NCBI GenBank assembly: GCA_016748015.1
Contig: JAAOMT010000563.1
Coordinates: 248,001 to 312,000 of the forward strand
Direction: 5' to 3'
Source: Geosiphon pyriformis uo1
Taxonomy: Eukaryota; Fungi; Glomeromycota
DNA length: 64,000 nucleotides
This document shows positions 63,201-64,000 of this stretch, in pieces. The notes beneath the pieces are model-generated. The model worked only from the letters and a program-made list of their open reading frames with translations, ran no database searches and was not told where the DNA came from. Position numbers and translations under genes: made by a program. The first letter of the stretch is position 1; each line of letters begins with the position of its first letter.

Positions 63201-63956
63201 AGAGTAGAGGCCACCCACCCAACAAATCTTTGATGACTAGCAATAGTTTCCCAAGCACTACCAGCAGCAGCACCAGAAACCAGAGGAGGAGATGATTTAG
63301 TTTCTATCTGATCAGCCCAGTTCTTAAGAACAAGTGACCCAATAAGAGATAATTGCTTTGCTTTTAAAATTGACAATAATTTGCCAGAAGACACCACATT
63401 TAGCAATACAGCCAGTGGTTGATCTTGGCCCATCTTGGATAATGTGTTGGATAATACTATGGAAATCTTATCTAAAATCTTGTTGGGAACCACAAAGGGA
63501 TTTGGTGCAACAATAGTAGAGACAAGCAACTGCTCCCACTTTTCTGAACTTTTGGTCTTTTTGACTATTTTTTTTGAAGAGGAGATGCCAGTAGCATCAG
63601 ATGTTAAAACTATAGAAGGAAATACCAGCTTGTTAACTGGTCTATTATTAAATACTTTTGGGCTCTTAGTAGGGGTGGAGGCAACACTGGGACTAATTCA
63701 AGTGTGTTTTTTTAAGGGGATTTTGACTAGTGAAAAACCAGCCAAAGATAAGAAAATTGCTTCAGTAACTACCAAAGACAGCTTTTCACAATTACTAGGT
63801 AAAGAAAAGACTTCTAAAACGTTTTGTTTAGTTGCTTCTACAACAGAAAGAGCTCCTCTAATTGAAATTTTATTAGATATCTTAGGAAAAATATCAGGTA
63901 CAGCTTATTTATTCTTTGCTCTGGTCGTGGTTATAAAATTAAGGAGACAAAGAATT
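60250..63956 (-). mobile_element. ORF1-only element copy C (ORF 63934-61808, ~709 codons with stops; 3' tail 60250-60385 separated by a solo LTR)
   Basis: Fragments 62738-63529, 62480-62725, 62264-62458 and 61808-62263 are in one frame; same 5' boundary as copies A and B. Confidence 0.9.
60386..61802. mobile_element. Solo LTR (1417 bp) of a third LTR family
   Basis: TGTTATCGG...CTGGTAACA termini with perfect 4-bp TSD ACAC (60382-60385 and 61803-61806); no coding capacity. Confidence 0.8.
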
Positions 63957-64000
63957 ATTATTATTATAATTTTATAAGATTAATCTAAAATTAATAGAAA

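Overview
Eukaryotic DNA from an intron-rich fungal genome; the gene and TE style suggests Mucoromycota/Glomeromycotina, but that is inference. The window has three compartments. (1) 1-29.5 kb is an AT-rich TE nest. It holds several copies of a ~2.3 kb element encoding only a LINE ORF1-like protein (2 RRM-like domains, CCHC knuckle, coiled coil), solo LTRs, and an 18.7 kb Ty3/Gypsy structure (8580-27304, 4-bp TSD CCAG). That structure is one element with a sibling inserted in opposite orientation into its integrase, plus a ~940 bp segment inverted between the two facing LTRs. The Gypsy family encodes gag-CCHC-PR-[Cys-rich domain]-dUTPase-RT-RH in one frame, integrase in a separate frame, and an extra ORF in the env position. 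(2) 30.7-52 kb is a compact block of intact host genes: delta-8 sphingolipid desaturase, glycogen phosphorylase, JTB-like protein, sirtuin, Cdc6, WBP4-like U1 zinc finger, a small spliced zinc-ribbon protein missed by the ORF track, OST3/6, USE1, a hypothetical protein and U1A/U2B''. (3) 52-64 kb holds a full-length but decayed LINE (ORF1; APE-RT-RNaseH-CCHC), another ORF1-only element and a solo LTR. The ORF1-only elements, a SINE-like island and the LINE share a 3' tail with a predicted stem-loop, suggesting an autonomous/non-autonomous retrotransposon system. Repeats, but not genes, show heavy C>T/G>A mutation. Assembly artefacts are present: a Tn5/Nextera mosaic end at 19032-19050, N gaps and a gap-flank duplication.
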